From a virus (lineage: Duplodnaviria > Caudoviricetes): DNA of 64,000 nucleotides. The stretch is taken from IMG/VR virus record IMGVR_UViG_3300031993_000015. One strand, written 5' to 3'. The position numbers were made by a program, and so were the translations under genes. Below, piece by piece: positions 1-8,477 of the stretch; within the stretch, counting starts at the first letter, position 1; the number at the start of each line of letters is the position of its first letter. The notes under the pieces were generated by a model. The model searched no databases. It saw nothing but the letters and a program-made list of their open reading frames with translations, and was not told the origin of the DNA.

Positions 1-3000
1 GAGACGTCTGCTTATGCAGCAAACGCGGAGACATTTGCGGCTCCTACGAGTTGGACGCAAGGCGGGCAGACAAAGACATACCTGGATTATTTTGATAACG
101 CTCTGGTGAATGTCGCCAATCTGTATGTGAATCGTGGTGGCGTTGCTTACAACGGTTTTGATGGGCTTGCTGCGGCCGCATCTGCCAGGGCAGACAGTGA
201 TGTGAACGTGAGCCATTATGCAGGCTACACGGTCGATACAACGGCGACATCCGGCGGTTCCGGTGTTGCAGGTGATGCGGGTCGCCCGGCGTATGTCGGC
301 ACGTTTACACCAATGTTCCGCGCAGACTGGGCAGTCGAGCGCAGAGACATGCTGGAGGAGCTGCGATATGTGCATACAACAGGAGCCATATCTGATTTGA
401 CATATACAGGAAAAGACTTGTCTATTGGTGTTACTAACAGAGTGATATATAAAGGAGACGATAAGTTTGACAGATACCCAGCTATAGATGCACCGAGGGT
501 TCCGTATCATGATCATGTTTACGTAGGATGGAAGAGCGGAACACAGCTTGTATATACTGATGACGATTCTCCGAGTGTAGGCTCGAACATATATGATTCA
601 TCGTACCACACGTATACGCGAGATAAGGCAGACGACAATGTAGGAAACGACAGATATGCTTGGAGTAACACAAACGAGACACCTCCAGTTGTATATACGG
701 ATACGCCATATAATCTTGGAGAGGATAGATCCTCTGAAACTCGTCTTCCAAATGACTCTTTTGGTGGAATAGTTATAGAGTGCGGTCCTCTTGATATGAC
801 TTGTGAGTATCGTGCTCTTTCCTTTAGCTCCGGTGGCGTAATTGAACAAGACTTTATAAGAGACCCAGCCAGAGACAATACCAGTATACCTCGTTATTGC
901 TGGTCTTCCGGAACATCCAGGATCTGGGTAGGCTATGAGAACAATCTTGATCCGGGTGATGCCATTTACAAGTCTGTCACAGGAAATTCAGCAGGCTATG
1001 TCTATCAGTTGTATAGATTACCTTCGGACGATGTGTTTAACAGATATCCAGAAGGCGATTCAGACCATTATTATGCCTGGTCTTCCGGTACGACCTTTTT
1101 ATGGGCCTATGACAACTATGTAGACTACGATTTATATCATAGTCCAGGCGGCACCAGTATGGGTATAATAAGGACTTTGGATGCCCAGTATTTGACAGCG
1201 TTTACAGTGATAAGTTATGTTGCCGGTGAGTACAGTCATGATTATAAATTCGAAAGTATAGAAGAAATAATAACCGTTGGCGGAGTTAATTATAATAGAG
1301 ACGCCTCTAAGGATTCTACCGATGGCTATGCGTGGGTCAGCGGTGTGAACACTGTATATACGACGGTGCAACGTGTGTGGACCGGGAATTACACAGTTGG
1401 GGGCGCTGCGATAACAGGTACTACAGTGAATGTGATGCCTTTGTCGGAATCTATGCAGATAGCCGGAGATGCCAGTCATGCTGCTCCTTTCACGGATCGA
1501 CCTGTTGATAATTACTGCAGTGTAATAGAAAGGGAGCTGTGGGGGCTGTATGAACATGCCACATCAATAAGGACAATCACGCCAGACGCATGGCTTAGAG
1601 CACCTGCTGCTGATGCTACTACAGGCACAGCCAAATTACCCGCCACAGGCTCTGTTACTATTACAGATTTCTCCCAAGGCGGATCATCTATTGATTTAAT
1701 TACTTGTCCTTACTATCTATTGGCGGACTGTCATACAAAGGAAGACGATACAGACTATCCTTATGAAGTTCGTGTAATGGCAGGTCATGTCATATCATCT
1801 GACACAGCAAACGGACTAATACAGTCGTTGGATATGCACGGAGAATCTATTGGTGGAAAAACGCTTACTGTCAGTATATATTTAGGCATGCCGCACATAC
1901 TGCGTAATATGCCATTCGTCAGCTCATATCTGAACGAAACATCAATAAAGACATCGGCTGTTGTTACATATGGGGCAGCAGATGTAGCGGCTATGCAGGC
2001 AGGTGGAGGCACTCTTATAGTGCTATCAGGAGGAACAGTCACGCTGACAAACTGCTCAATCAATAGAGCTATAGTCGAGCCTACAGGGAGTCTTGTGTTA
2101 GGGACAGACGATGCGCGTGTCAGTGACTGTTGTATTTTGACAGGCATAAAGAACAATGCTCCTATAAGTGGAGCTATTGTAAGCGCCTATACAGAAAATC
2201 TTAACGCCGATAAAGTGTCATCCAGTTATATTGATTTTGATCTTGTTCGTACATATCAAACATCGAATACACTTGTAACAGCCGATGTGCAGTATACGAA
2301 CGGCCAAAGGCCGCCAAGGTCCAGTGTTATAGTGCAATCCGGTGCGACTTGTACGGTACAAGGCATGAACTGGGATAGTTGCTTTTTCCTTGTAAGCAGT
2401 GGCTGCTCTCTCATTGTAACAGAAGATTCTATATTAAGCGGCGTGACGCTATTGCCAGGAGCGCAGGCAACGATCTCCTCCAGCTATATAAAAAGTGCCT
2501 GCATACATAGCGGCGCTATTTGTCACGCATCAGGTGAGTGGTCTGAATCTGAAGGCAGTGCCCATTTAACTGCAATCACGTCATTATGTGTTTTATCAGG
2601 CGGAAAAGTTACACTCAATGAGTATGCTGACTATGGAGGGTATATCGAAGGTTTGTCTCTTGTTGATTATTGTTCCTTCGATACGGGGGCGGTTATGCAG
2701 TTGTACTCAGCTGGTACTCTGGTCAGCAAACCTATTGATTTATACGACTATAAACAGGCAAGGACCAGACCTACACGATCCATAGTTTGCACATTCTTCA
2801 ATCATAATTTGTCAGCCAACAATACGGCGCTTGTGGCAGGTTGGAATGTGATAACAGTGACAGTACCGGCAGGTGCTACATCTGTGTCTCTTGCAACAGG
2901 CAATGGGAACGCAGCGGATATTCCCCCTGTTAGAGAAATTTTGTTTACAGGTGTCGTAGGTGACGAGTTTCGAGGTAATTGGGATGCTGGTACGACACAG

Positions 3001-3102
3001 TGGGCAGGCTTCGTTATCGGCACGATAAAGGTAGATGGGCTTGATCTAACTGATAAGTATCCCCAGTTCACCTACCGCAAGTTCGGTGACGACCACAAGT
3101 GA
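1..3102 (+). CDS. Large fibre/adhesin-like repeat protein, 5'-truncated by the window edge
   Basis: Frame 1 is open from base 1 (ETSAYAANAETF...) into the listed ORF. It has five [FY]xR...D...[YF]xWxSG repeats (about 466-1365) and AIDA-like VxSGxxxxV repeats (about 2010-2630), and is Ser/Thr/Tyr/Gly-rich. Confidence 0.5.
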   Translation, partial: ETSAYAANAETFAAPTSWTQGGQTKTYLDYFDNALVNVANLYVNRGGVAYNGFDGLAAAASARADSDVNVSHYAGYTVDTTATSGGSGVAGDAGRPAYVGTFTPMFRADWAVERRDMLEELRYVHTTGAISDLTYTGKDLSIGVTNRVIYKGDDKFDRYPAIDAPRVPYHDHVYVGWKSGTQLVYTDDDSPSVGSNIYDSSYHTYTRDKADDNVGNDRYAWSNTNETPPVVYTDTPYNLGEDRSSETRLPNDSFGGIVIECGPLDMTCEYRALSFSSGGVIEQDFIRDPARDNTSIPRYCWSSGTSRIWVGYENNLDPGDAIYKSVTGNSAGYVYQLYRLPSDDVFNRYPEGDSDHYYAWSSGTTFLWAYDNYVDYDLYHSPGGTSMGIIRTLDAQYLTAFTVISYVAGEYSHDYKFESIEEIITVGGVNYNRDASKDSTDGYAWVSGVNTVYTTVQRVWTGNYTVGGAAITGTTVNVMPLSESMQIAGDASHAAPFTDRPVDNYCSVIERELWGLYEHATSIRTITPDAWLRAPAADATTGTAKLPATGSVTITDFSQGGSSIDLITCPYYLLADCHTKEDDTDYPYEVRVMAGHVISSDTANGLIQSLDMHGESIGGKTLTVSIYLGMPHILRNMPFVSSYLNETSIKTSAVVTYGAADVAAMQAGGGTLIVLSGGTVTLTNCSINRAIVEPTGSLVLGTDDARVSDCCILTGIKNNAPISGAIVSAYTENLNADKVSSSYIDFDLVRTYQTSNTLVTADVQYTNGQRPPRSSVIVQSGATCTVQGMNWDSCFFLVSSGCSLIVTEDSILSGVTLLPGAQATISSSYIKSACIHSGAICHASGEWSESEGSAHLTAITSLCVLSGGKVTLNEYADYGGYIEGLSLVDYCSFDTGAVMQLYSAGTLVSKPIDLYDYKQARTRPTRSIVCTFFNHNLSANNTALVAGWNVITVTVPAGATSVSLATGNGNAADIPPVREILFTGVVGDEFRGNWDAGTTQWAGFVIGTIKVDGLDLTDKYPQFTYRKFGDDHK

Positions 3103-3147
3103 CGCCTGACCCTCCTGCTCTTATAACTAGAACCCACGGAAGAACCA

Positions 3148-4449
3148 ATGCCAGACTTCGCTCCAGGAATCCCAAACAAGCTCAACAAAGGCCGCCTCAT
3201 GGACCTGCCCACCGATGTGCTGCTCACGCTCGTGCGCCAGCACCACCAGGCACGCAGGGCCGGCGACCACACAGACATGCGGATCGGCAACGAATCCGGG
3301 CTCTTTTCATGGGCGCTCCCGAAACACATGCCGGAGCAGCCAGGTCAGTACAGGCTCGCTGTTCCCACCAGTCTGCACAGGTATGCCTACAAGGACTTCG
3401 AGGGCACCATCCCGGAGGGCAAGTACGGTGCCGGCACTGTGACCAAGACCGAGGAGTCTCCTGTCATTCTTCTCAAGAACACGCCCAGCTACATCGAGTT
3501 TACCAGGGGCACCAGCAAGGACTCCAACGTATACCGCATGGTGCGCACAGGCAAAGGCAACTGGCTGATGTCCATCAAGGAACCCGGCCAGCCTGAGCCA
3601 GTAACCCAGTACCAGAAGGAGCACCTAAAGTCGGTTCCCATTGAGGACGCGCAGAAGCTCATAGACCAGGGCGCTACAGTGGTGCCCAAAGTGGACGGCG
3701 CAGGCGCTATAGCGTATCTTGGCAGACACGGCATCAATGTCTATGGTATACGGCCGGACAAGTCTGGGCTCAAGCCGGACTACACGGCGCACATCGGCGG
3801 TCTGTCCCAGGTGCAGGTACCGGAGGACCTGCAGGGCCAGCTCATCAGGGGCGAGCTCTATGGCATGAGGAACGGCCGCGTGATTCCAGCCAACGAACTG
3901 TCGGGTTATCTCAACAGCACGCTCCAGAACGCCATCCAGAAGCGCCAGCGCGGGCTCCGGCTCATGGTTGCGGCCCTGGCCATGAATAAGGGCAGGGACG
4001 ATTACGGGGCGCCCATGCAGGACATCGTGCGCAGACTCCACAGTCCTTCTTTTACAGTCCTGCCGAGCGCCAAGGGTTCCAGAGCCAAGCGCATGCTGAA
4101 GAACATCATGGAAGGCCGTGATCCGTACACCGGAGAGGGCGTCGTGCTGCATCTGCCTGGGAAGCGCCCCATCAAGAGCAAGATCCGGCCGGACTATGAC
4201 GTGGTCGTCCAGGACGTGTTCCAAGCTGATACCAAGGCCGCGCCGAGAGCAGGTGGCTTCACCTACAGCCTGCCTGGATCTGACAAAGTGGTCGGCCGCG
4301 TGGGAACAGGCTTCGATCACCGGATGTTGCGCGACATGCTGGAACACCCGGAAGCCTACCGTGGCCGGACGGCTCGTATCCAGGCGCAGGAACAGTACCC
4401 GACGGGTGCATACAGAGCACCCAGCTTTATTGCAATGAAGGAAGACTGA
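3148..4449 (+). CDS. ligD: LigD-type 3'-phosphoesterase domain fused to ATP-dependent DNA ligase (no polymerase domain)
   Basis: PE motifs QHHQARRAGDHTDMRI, SWALPK, RLAV...H, FEGTIPEGKYGAGTV. Ligase motifs KVDG, IRGELY, EGVVL, KSKIR, VGRVGTGF, YRAPSF. Confidence 0.85.
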   Translation: MPDFAPGIPNKLNKGRLMDLPTDVLLTLVRQHHQARRAGDHTDMRIGNESGLFSWALPKHMPEQPGQYRLAVPTSLHRYAYKDFEGTIPEGKYGAGTVTKTEESPVILLKNTPSYIEFTRGTSKDSNVYRMVRTGKGNWLMSIKEPGQPEPVTQYQKEHLKSVPIEDAQKLIDQGATVVPKVDGAGAIAYLGRHGINVYGIRPDKSGLKPDYTAHIGGLSQVQVPEDLQGQLIRGELYGMRNGRVIPANELSGYLNSTLQNAIQKRQRGLRLMVAALAMNKGRDDYGAPMQDIVRRLHSPSFTVLPSAKGSRAKRMLKNIMEGRDPYTGEGVVLHLPGKRPIKSKIRPDYDVVVQDVFQADTKAAPRAGGFTYSLPGSDKVVGRVGTGFDHRMLRDMLEHPEAYRGRTARIQAQEQYPTGAYRAPSFIAMKED

Positions 4450-5663
4450 TGGCTAAGCACAACCTCTATACATATGTTCCCAAGAAGAACACACTGAAGA
4501 CGGACGGCCTCTACGGTCCAATCGGTGACTCTGAGGAGAACCTGGCCAGGCGTTACGGCTACAGGGCTGGCTCCAAGGACAAGCTGGACATCCTGAACTG
4601 GCTGGAATCCACAGCGCCCGGTCGCTCCAGAGTCATCAGTGTTCTGACTGAGCCAATACCTGCGGATGTTTCGGAGAACATGCGTGCCTTCCGTAATTCC
4701 AGTGTGCAGGTCACGTTGCCGCCGTACACAGAGTTGCTGGACGCTGGGGTTATCGAGCGGCCGATCTATAGGAGCAACGTGCATGGTCCTGGTCTGATCC
4801 CTGCGAAGCGGATTTCTTACAGGAAGCTCCAGTGGAAGAGGCCGAACAACACGCCGCTGGTGTTCAAGGGCATTCGGCATTACATGCTGCCTACAGTGGA
4901 CGGACATATTCCGCCGGAATATCTGCTGGCGATTGCTGTGATGAGCCAGGAGGACGGCATGCAGAAGGATGCCTCCATGTCTCCTGACGAGCGCAGGTTG
5001 CGGCGCCTTGCCCGGCCGTTCTATCCAGCTGTTGGACGCCGTTCTTGGGAGCATGTCAACCAGGTGAAGCAGAACGCCGAGATGATGACCCAGGGCCTGG
5101 AGCACCGGCCGCTGACCCTGCAGGAGAAGGCCGCCATCTATTTCCACGACTGCGCCATCCGTCAGCGCGGTACAGGCAAGGAGCACGGCAAGTATGGCCG
5201 GGAGACGGCCATTCCGCTTTTGCTGTCTACCGGTATCTTCAACGACAAGCAGCTGAAAGAGATCGGGCAGGCCATTCTGGAGCACGACACACTGAATGCC
5301 ACCGGGAAGAAGTTCTCCAATAGAACAGGCGAGGTGCTGGCATCTGGTGACGCGAATACGCCGGACCTGCCGTGGCTGTTGAACAAGTTCTACAACTGGC
5401 AGCTCCAGAACAATCCGGACAAGGACACGTGGCCGGCGGATATCTACGAGACGGCCATCGAGGAGTTCGGCAACAAGTCCACGGAGAAATTCCCTGCGCT
5501 GTACAACAAGTTCCACGGGGACCGTGTCCAGAAGCTGCGTGACCAGATCGACAGCATGTCCCAGGATGATATGTGGAACATGGTGCAGAAGTACCGCCGT
5601 AAGCACCACCTGAGCGAGTTGGATGAGCGGCTGGGCAAGCCACCGATGTTCCAGCCGGTGTAA
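4449..5663 (+). CDS. Two-domain protein: possible Tpt1/KptA-like ART-fold N-domain plus HD-domain phosphohydrolase
   Basis: HD pattern EH...FHD...EH...EH...GD in the C-terminal half. N-terminal half has LYTYVPKKNTLKTDGL ... DGHIPPEYL. Linker MQKDAS. Confidence 0.6.
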   Translation: MAKHNLYTYVPKKNTLKTDGLYGPIGDSEENLARRYGYRAGSKDKLDILNWLESTAPGRSRVISVLTEPIPADVSENMRAFRNSSVQVTLPPYTELLDAGVIERPIYRSNVHGPGLIPAKRISYRKLQWKRPNNTPLVFKGIRHYMLPTVDGHIPPEYLLAIAVMSQEDGMQKDASMSPDERRLRRLARPFYPAVGRRSWEHVNQVKQNAEMMTQGLEHRPLTLQEKAAIYFHDCAIRQRGTGKEHGKYGRETAIPLLLSTGIFNDKQLKEIGQAILEHDTLNATGKKFSNRTGEVLASGDANTPDLPWLLNKFYNWQLQNNPDKDTWPADIYETAIEEFGNKSTEKFPALYNKFHGDRVQKLRDQIDSMSQDDMWNMVQKYRRKHHLSELDERLGKPPMFQPV

Positions 5664-5758
5664 GGGTTAATTTCTGTTTCTGCAGTTTTGTTGCAGATTT
5701 ACGAGTTAACCCTGCTCGTACTGCAAACTTTGCGCCGGTTGCCGCAAAGTTCTCAGTA

Positions 5759-5783
5759 GATTTTCAACCTGAAGTTCAAAATC
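5759..5783. repeat. Dispersed 23-bp palindrome, copy 1 (intergenic)
   Basis: GATTTTCAACCTGAAGTTCAAAATC. Confidence 0.8.
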
Positions 5784-5873
5784 CGGTTCCCACATTTTCA
5801 TAGGGACTTTTGGGGCACTTACGCCATTTTTCTGAGGCACTTTTGTAAGTGCCTATTTTTGTGTAGTTTAGGG

Positions 5874-5908
5874 CTTAAAATAGGGGGAAAATGCGGCATA
5901 GTAAGATG
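5874..5908 (+). promoter_or_regulatory. Phage promoter-like motif, copy 1
   Basis: CTTAA-N16-GGCATA-N5-ATG. Confidence 0.65.
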
Positions 5909-5948
5909 TCCCTGTATTTCGTAAACCCAACTGCAAAGGAGGTGTCAC

Positions 5949-6125
5949 ATGACACGAAAAGAGTACTTACAGGAAAAGCTGGCGCGTGTCGAGCGCGACA
6001 TCGAAGCAGTGAACTCCAATCCAAATCGCGGTTTCCGCGATGACGAGAGTCTCTGCTACGAGGCCGCTGCTATTCAGAAGGAGATCGACGAGCTTGAAAA
6101 GCAGGAGGCGCAGGATGAAAACTAA
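5949..6125 (+). CDS. Small coiled-coil hypothetical protein (58 aa, below the ORF-track cutoff)
   Basis: AAGGAGGTG RBS; MTRKEYLQEKLARVERDIE... Confidence 0.7.
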   Translation: MTRKEYLQEKLARVERDIEAVNSNPNRGFRDDESLCYEAAAIQKEIDELEKQEAQDEN

Positions 6126-6390
6126 GTTCTGTGTGTACTGCCGTGCATTGCCGCCGTCTTGTGACTGGAGAAAGCCGCTCTGCCAGTGTGACAAGAAACT
6201 CATTGATGATCCTGATTGCGATGATTGCAAGGAGTTTCTGGCTTTAGACCCGGATCAGTGCAAAGGCTGCTCTCATTACAGCCCAGACGGCGTAACTAAT
6301 GGTCGTTGGGGGAAGTGCTCAGAAAAGGGCACGGTGCTGTACGGAGCAGATTGCCCTAAGTACGATCCGAAACAGGAGCAGGCCGACTGA
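6115..6390 (+). CDS. Cys-rich, probably metal-binding small protein
   Basis: GGAGG RBS; CVYC, CQC, CDDC, CKGC. Confidence 0.65.
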   Translation: MKTKFCVYCRALPPSCDWRKPLCQCDKKLIDDPDCDDCKEFLALDPDQCKGCSHYSPDGVTNGRWGKCSEKGTVLYGADCPKYDPKQEQAD

Positions 6391-6412
6391 GGTCTCGTTC
6401 CAAAGACAAACA

Positions 6413-6449
6413 GGGCCCGATGTAGTGGAGAAACATCGGGCTCTTTTTT
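6413..6449 (+). terminator. Rho-independent terminator
   Basis: GCCCGATGT/ACATCGGGC stem followed by a T6 tract. Confidence 0.75.
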
Positions 6450-6461
6450 AGCCTGTTTGAG

Positions 6462-6497
6462 CTTAATTATAGGGTTTTTTAGGGCAGTATATAATGA
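6462..6497 (+). promoter_or_regulatory. Phage promoter-like motif, copy 2
   Basis: CTTAA-N16-GGCAGT-N5-ATGA. Confidence 0.7.
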
Positions 6498-6499
6498 CG

Positions 6500-6750
6500 T
6501 AAAAACCAATTACGTTGACTACCATCCAGGGTGAAAATCCCCTTGCAGGCCGGGCTGTGTGGCGAACGGTGCCCTTAGCATTGACGGATGGATTGGTCGC
6601 CGGGGTTCGGTAATGACCCGTGAGTCTGGGACGCTCACAAAGCCGATTTGCTGCCAGGTTCTGGGGAGAGTGCCCTATACCAGACACTTGGCAGCGCTTG
6701 TTGATTTCCTGTTCATGTTCACCAATAATAACCATCCCAGAAGGGATAGA
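6500..6750 (+). ncRNA. Candidate structured RNA or long structured 5' leader
   Basis: Nested stems ACCAAT/ATTGGT, CCATCC/GGATGG, GGG-TGAAAAT-CCC, GTGAG/CTCAC, GCTGCCA/TGGCAGC, TCTGG/CCAGA between the promoter and the ATG at 6764. Confidence 0.4.
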
Positions 6751-6763
6751 AAGGATCGTAATC

Positions 6764-7294
6764 ATGAACATCAGCAACATCCTCACCACCGCCCTCAAGA
6801 CCCTCAATGAGATCGCACCGGGTTTCGACCCGTTGAAAGATCATCGTGCCGGTGACACGGTCAAGGGTTCGAGCCGCTTTAACGACACGATCAAAGACAT
6901 CAATGATGTCATCGTGTTGGCTGAGCACGCAGATTTCTATGCGATGCAGCCTGGCTTCGGCGGTGCCGTCTGCTTGATCTTCCAGGCAGCTGGCGTGGTT
7001 GGTGTCGCGACAACTGTTGAAACCATCGAAGATGAAGATTATGAATTGCGTCTTCATCATGGTTGCCTGCAGCCCTTCGGGGATGTGCAGGAGGTTCGTC
7101 GAGATGCCAAACTCTTCAGCATCGTGCTGACGCCTGAGAAGACAGCGAACGGAATCGAGTATGCGCTCGCAAGCGCATATCCCGGTCGTCCTGACGAACC
7201 GCCCAAAGATGAGGACCGCGAGGGACTCTCTGAGGGTCAGCGTCTCAGTGCTGCCGAAGTGAAGCGGCGCGGCTTGCGTCCGAAACAGGCATAA
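6764..7294 (+). CDS. Hypothetical protein
   Basis: GAAAGGA RBS; MNISNILTTALK... Confidence 0.75.
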   Translation: MNISNILTTALKTLNEIAPGFDPLKDHRAGDTVKGSSRFNDTIKDINDVIVLAEHADFYAMQPGFGGAVCLIFQAAGVVGVATTVETIEDEDYELRLHHGCLQPFGDVQEVRRDAKLFSIVLTPEKTANGIEYALASAYPGRPDEPPKDEDREGLSEGQRLSAAEVKRRGLRPKQA

Positions 7295-7383
7295 GTCTGT
7301 TCGGCGTAGGCATGCCCATCCGGGGCAAAGAAAACACAGTACAAACTGAAAGGAGGAATCCCTGTGTTTTCTTTTAGTCTGTA

Positions 7384-7419
7384 CTTAATCTGCCCATGTG
7401 CGGGGGCATAATAGCCTGG
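7384..7419 (+). promoter_or_regulatory. Phage promoter-like motif, copy 3
   Basis: CTTAA-N16-GGCATA-N5-CTGG, directly after TTTTCTTTTAG. Confidence 0.6.
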
Positions 7420-7515
7420 CAACGATTATTTACTTATAGCTAACTTGAAATTTTTTAGGCTGTAGTTGTCTATTTTCAGCCTTCTGCGCAGCGCCCGTTT
7501 TGGCCTCGTTTTGAG

Positions 7516-7551
7516 CTTAATTTTGAGGCTTTTGCAGGCAGTATAAAATGA
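7516..7551 (+). promoter_or_regulatory. Phage promoter-like motif, copy 4
   Basis: CTTAA-N16-GGCAGT-N5-ATGA. Confidence 0.7.
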
Positions 7552-7611
7552 GGTTGAATCTTATCCACAACACAAACCGGAGCACAGCTCCAGAAAGGTA
7601 TCATCATCATC

Positions 7612-7920
7612 ATGAAGATTCACAAGCTCACCATCCGCAAAGACTGGCTCGCTGGAACCGTCACCGCTGCAATCTACAAGGACCACCTTGTGATTGTCAA
7701 CAAGCTCGCGTCCCGTGAAGACGAACAGTTCCTCGACAAGGAGCTCGCCAAAGAGTTCGCTGACGCGGATACCGTCATCAGCACGGGCGCCAAGGGCCTC
7801 GTGATCGACTTCGGCGGAAAGATCTACGATCTGCCCGACGAGAGCGACACGGAGGATGCCGACAGCAGCGATGACAGCGACGACGCCGAAGACGAAACCG
7901 ATAACAACAGCAATGACTGA
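7612..7920 (+). CDS. Small protein with highly acidic C-terminal tail
   Basis: GAAAGG RBS; C-ending codon bias; DESDTEDADSSDDSDD tail. Confidence 0.75.
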   Translation: MKIHKLTIRKDWLAGTVTAAIYKDHLVIVNKLASREDEQFLDKELAKEFADADTVISTGAKGLVIDFGGKIYDLPDESDTEDADSSDDSDDAEDETDNNSND

Positions 7921-7930
7921 GAGGTGACAC

Positions 7931-8320
7931 ATGAGACAAATCGTGTTAACACCTGCCGGCCGTTCCGTTGTGAAGGCTTCGATCTTCGTCGCCATCTTTG
8001 CGTTCGTCGTCGGAGTCATGACGGTGATGCTGATGGATGACAACGGGTGGGGTTTCGTCCCTGCCGCGTTGGCGTCTGTCGGCATCATCGTCGCAAGTAC
8101 GCTGGCTCTCCTGGCCGGCGTGTTCGCAACTTGCTGGGCAGCGGTGACGCTGAAGGAGCGATACGACAACTGGTATATGCGCAAGGGCTTCAAGAAAGAC
8201 CTTGAGAAGCTCGCCAGGAAAGGACTCATCAACCCGAAGCATGCGAAGGTTGGCACGTCCGGTCGTAAAACCACAACAAAGAAAACCACCAAGCGGACAA
8301 GCAAGAAGTCCGCGAAGTGA
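7931..8320 (+). CDS. Membrane protein (2 TM) with basic C-terminal tail
   Basis: GAGGTG RBS; two hydrophobic segments; KTTTKKTTKRTSKK. Confidence 0.75.
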   Translation: MRQIVLTPAGRSVVKASIFVAIFAFVVGVMTVMLMDDNGWGFVPAALASVGIIVASTLALLAGVFATCWAAVTLKERYDNWYMRKGFKKDLEKLARKGLINPKHAKVGTSGRKTTTKKTTKRTSKKSAK

Positions 8321-8323
8321 CTT

Positions 8324-8357
8324 GCGTGGGGCCGTAATGGCCCCCGCGTTTTCTTTT
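8324..8357 (+). terminator. Rho-independent terminator
   Basis: GCGTGGGGCC/GGCCCCCGC hairpin followed by TTTTCTTTT. Confidence 0.75.
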
Positions 8358-8366
8358 ACAATCCAC

Positions 8367-8403
8367 CTGAAATCACCCATGTGTTGCGGGCATAATCATA
8401 TGA
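8367..8403 (+). promoter_or_regulatory. Phage promoter-like motif, copy 5
   Basis: CTGAA-N17-GGCATA-N5-ATGA. Confidence 0.6.
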
Positions 8404-8477
8404 GAGCTCTTACGCTGCAACCAGTGCATTCGGCACTGACCAGCAACAAGCGTACCTAACCTATAGGAGGCACGATT

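Noticed and set aside
1-3102. Diversity-generating retroelement acting on the fibre-like gene
   Set aside because: No reverse transcriptase and no template/variable repeat pair seen in the window.
6521-6600. FMN riboswitch suggested by GGGTGAAAATCCC and GGATGG
   Set aside because: Other conserved FMN segments (AGGGC, CCGAC, AGTC) are not in register; kept only as an unknown structured RNA.
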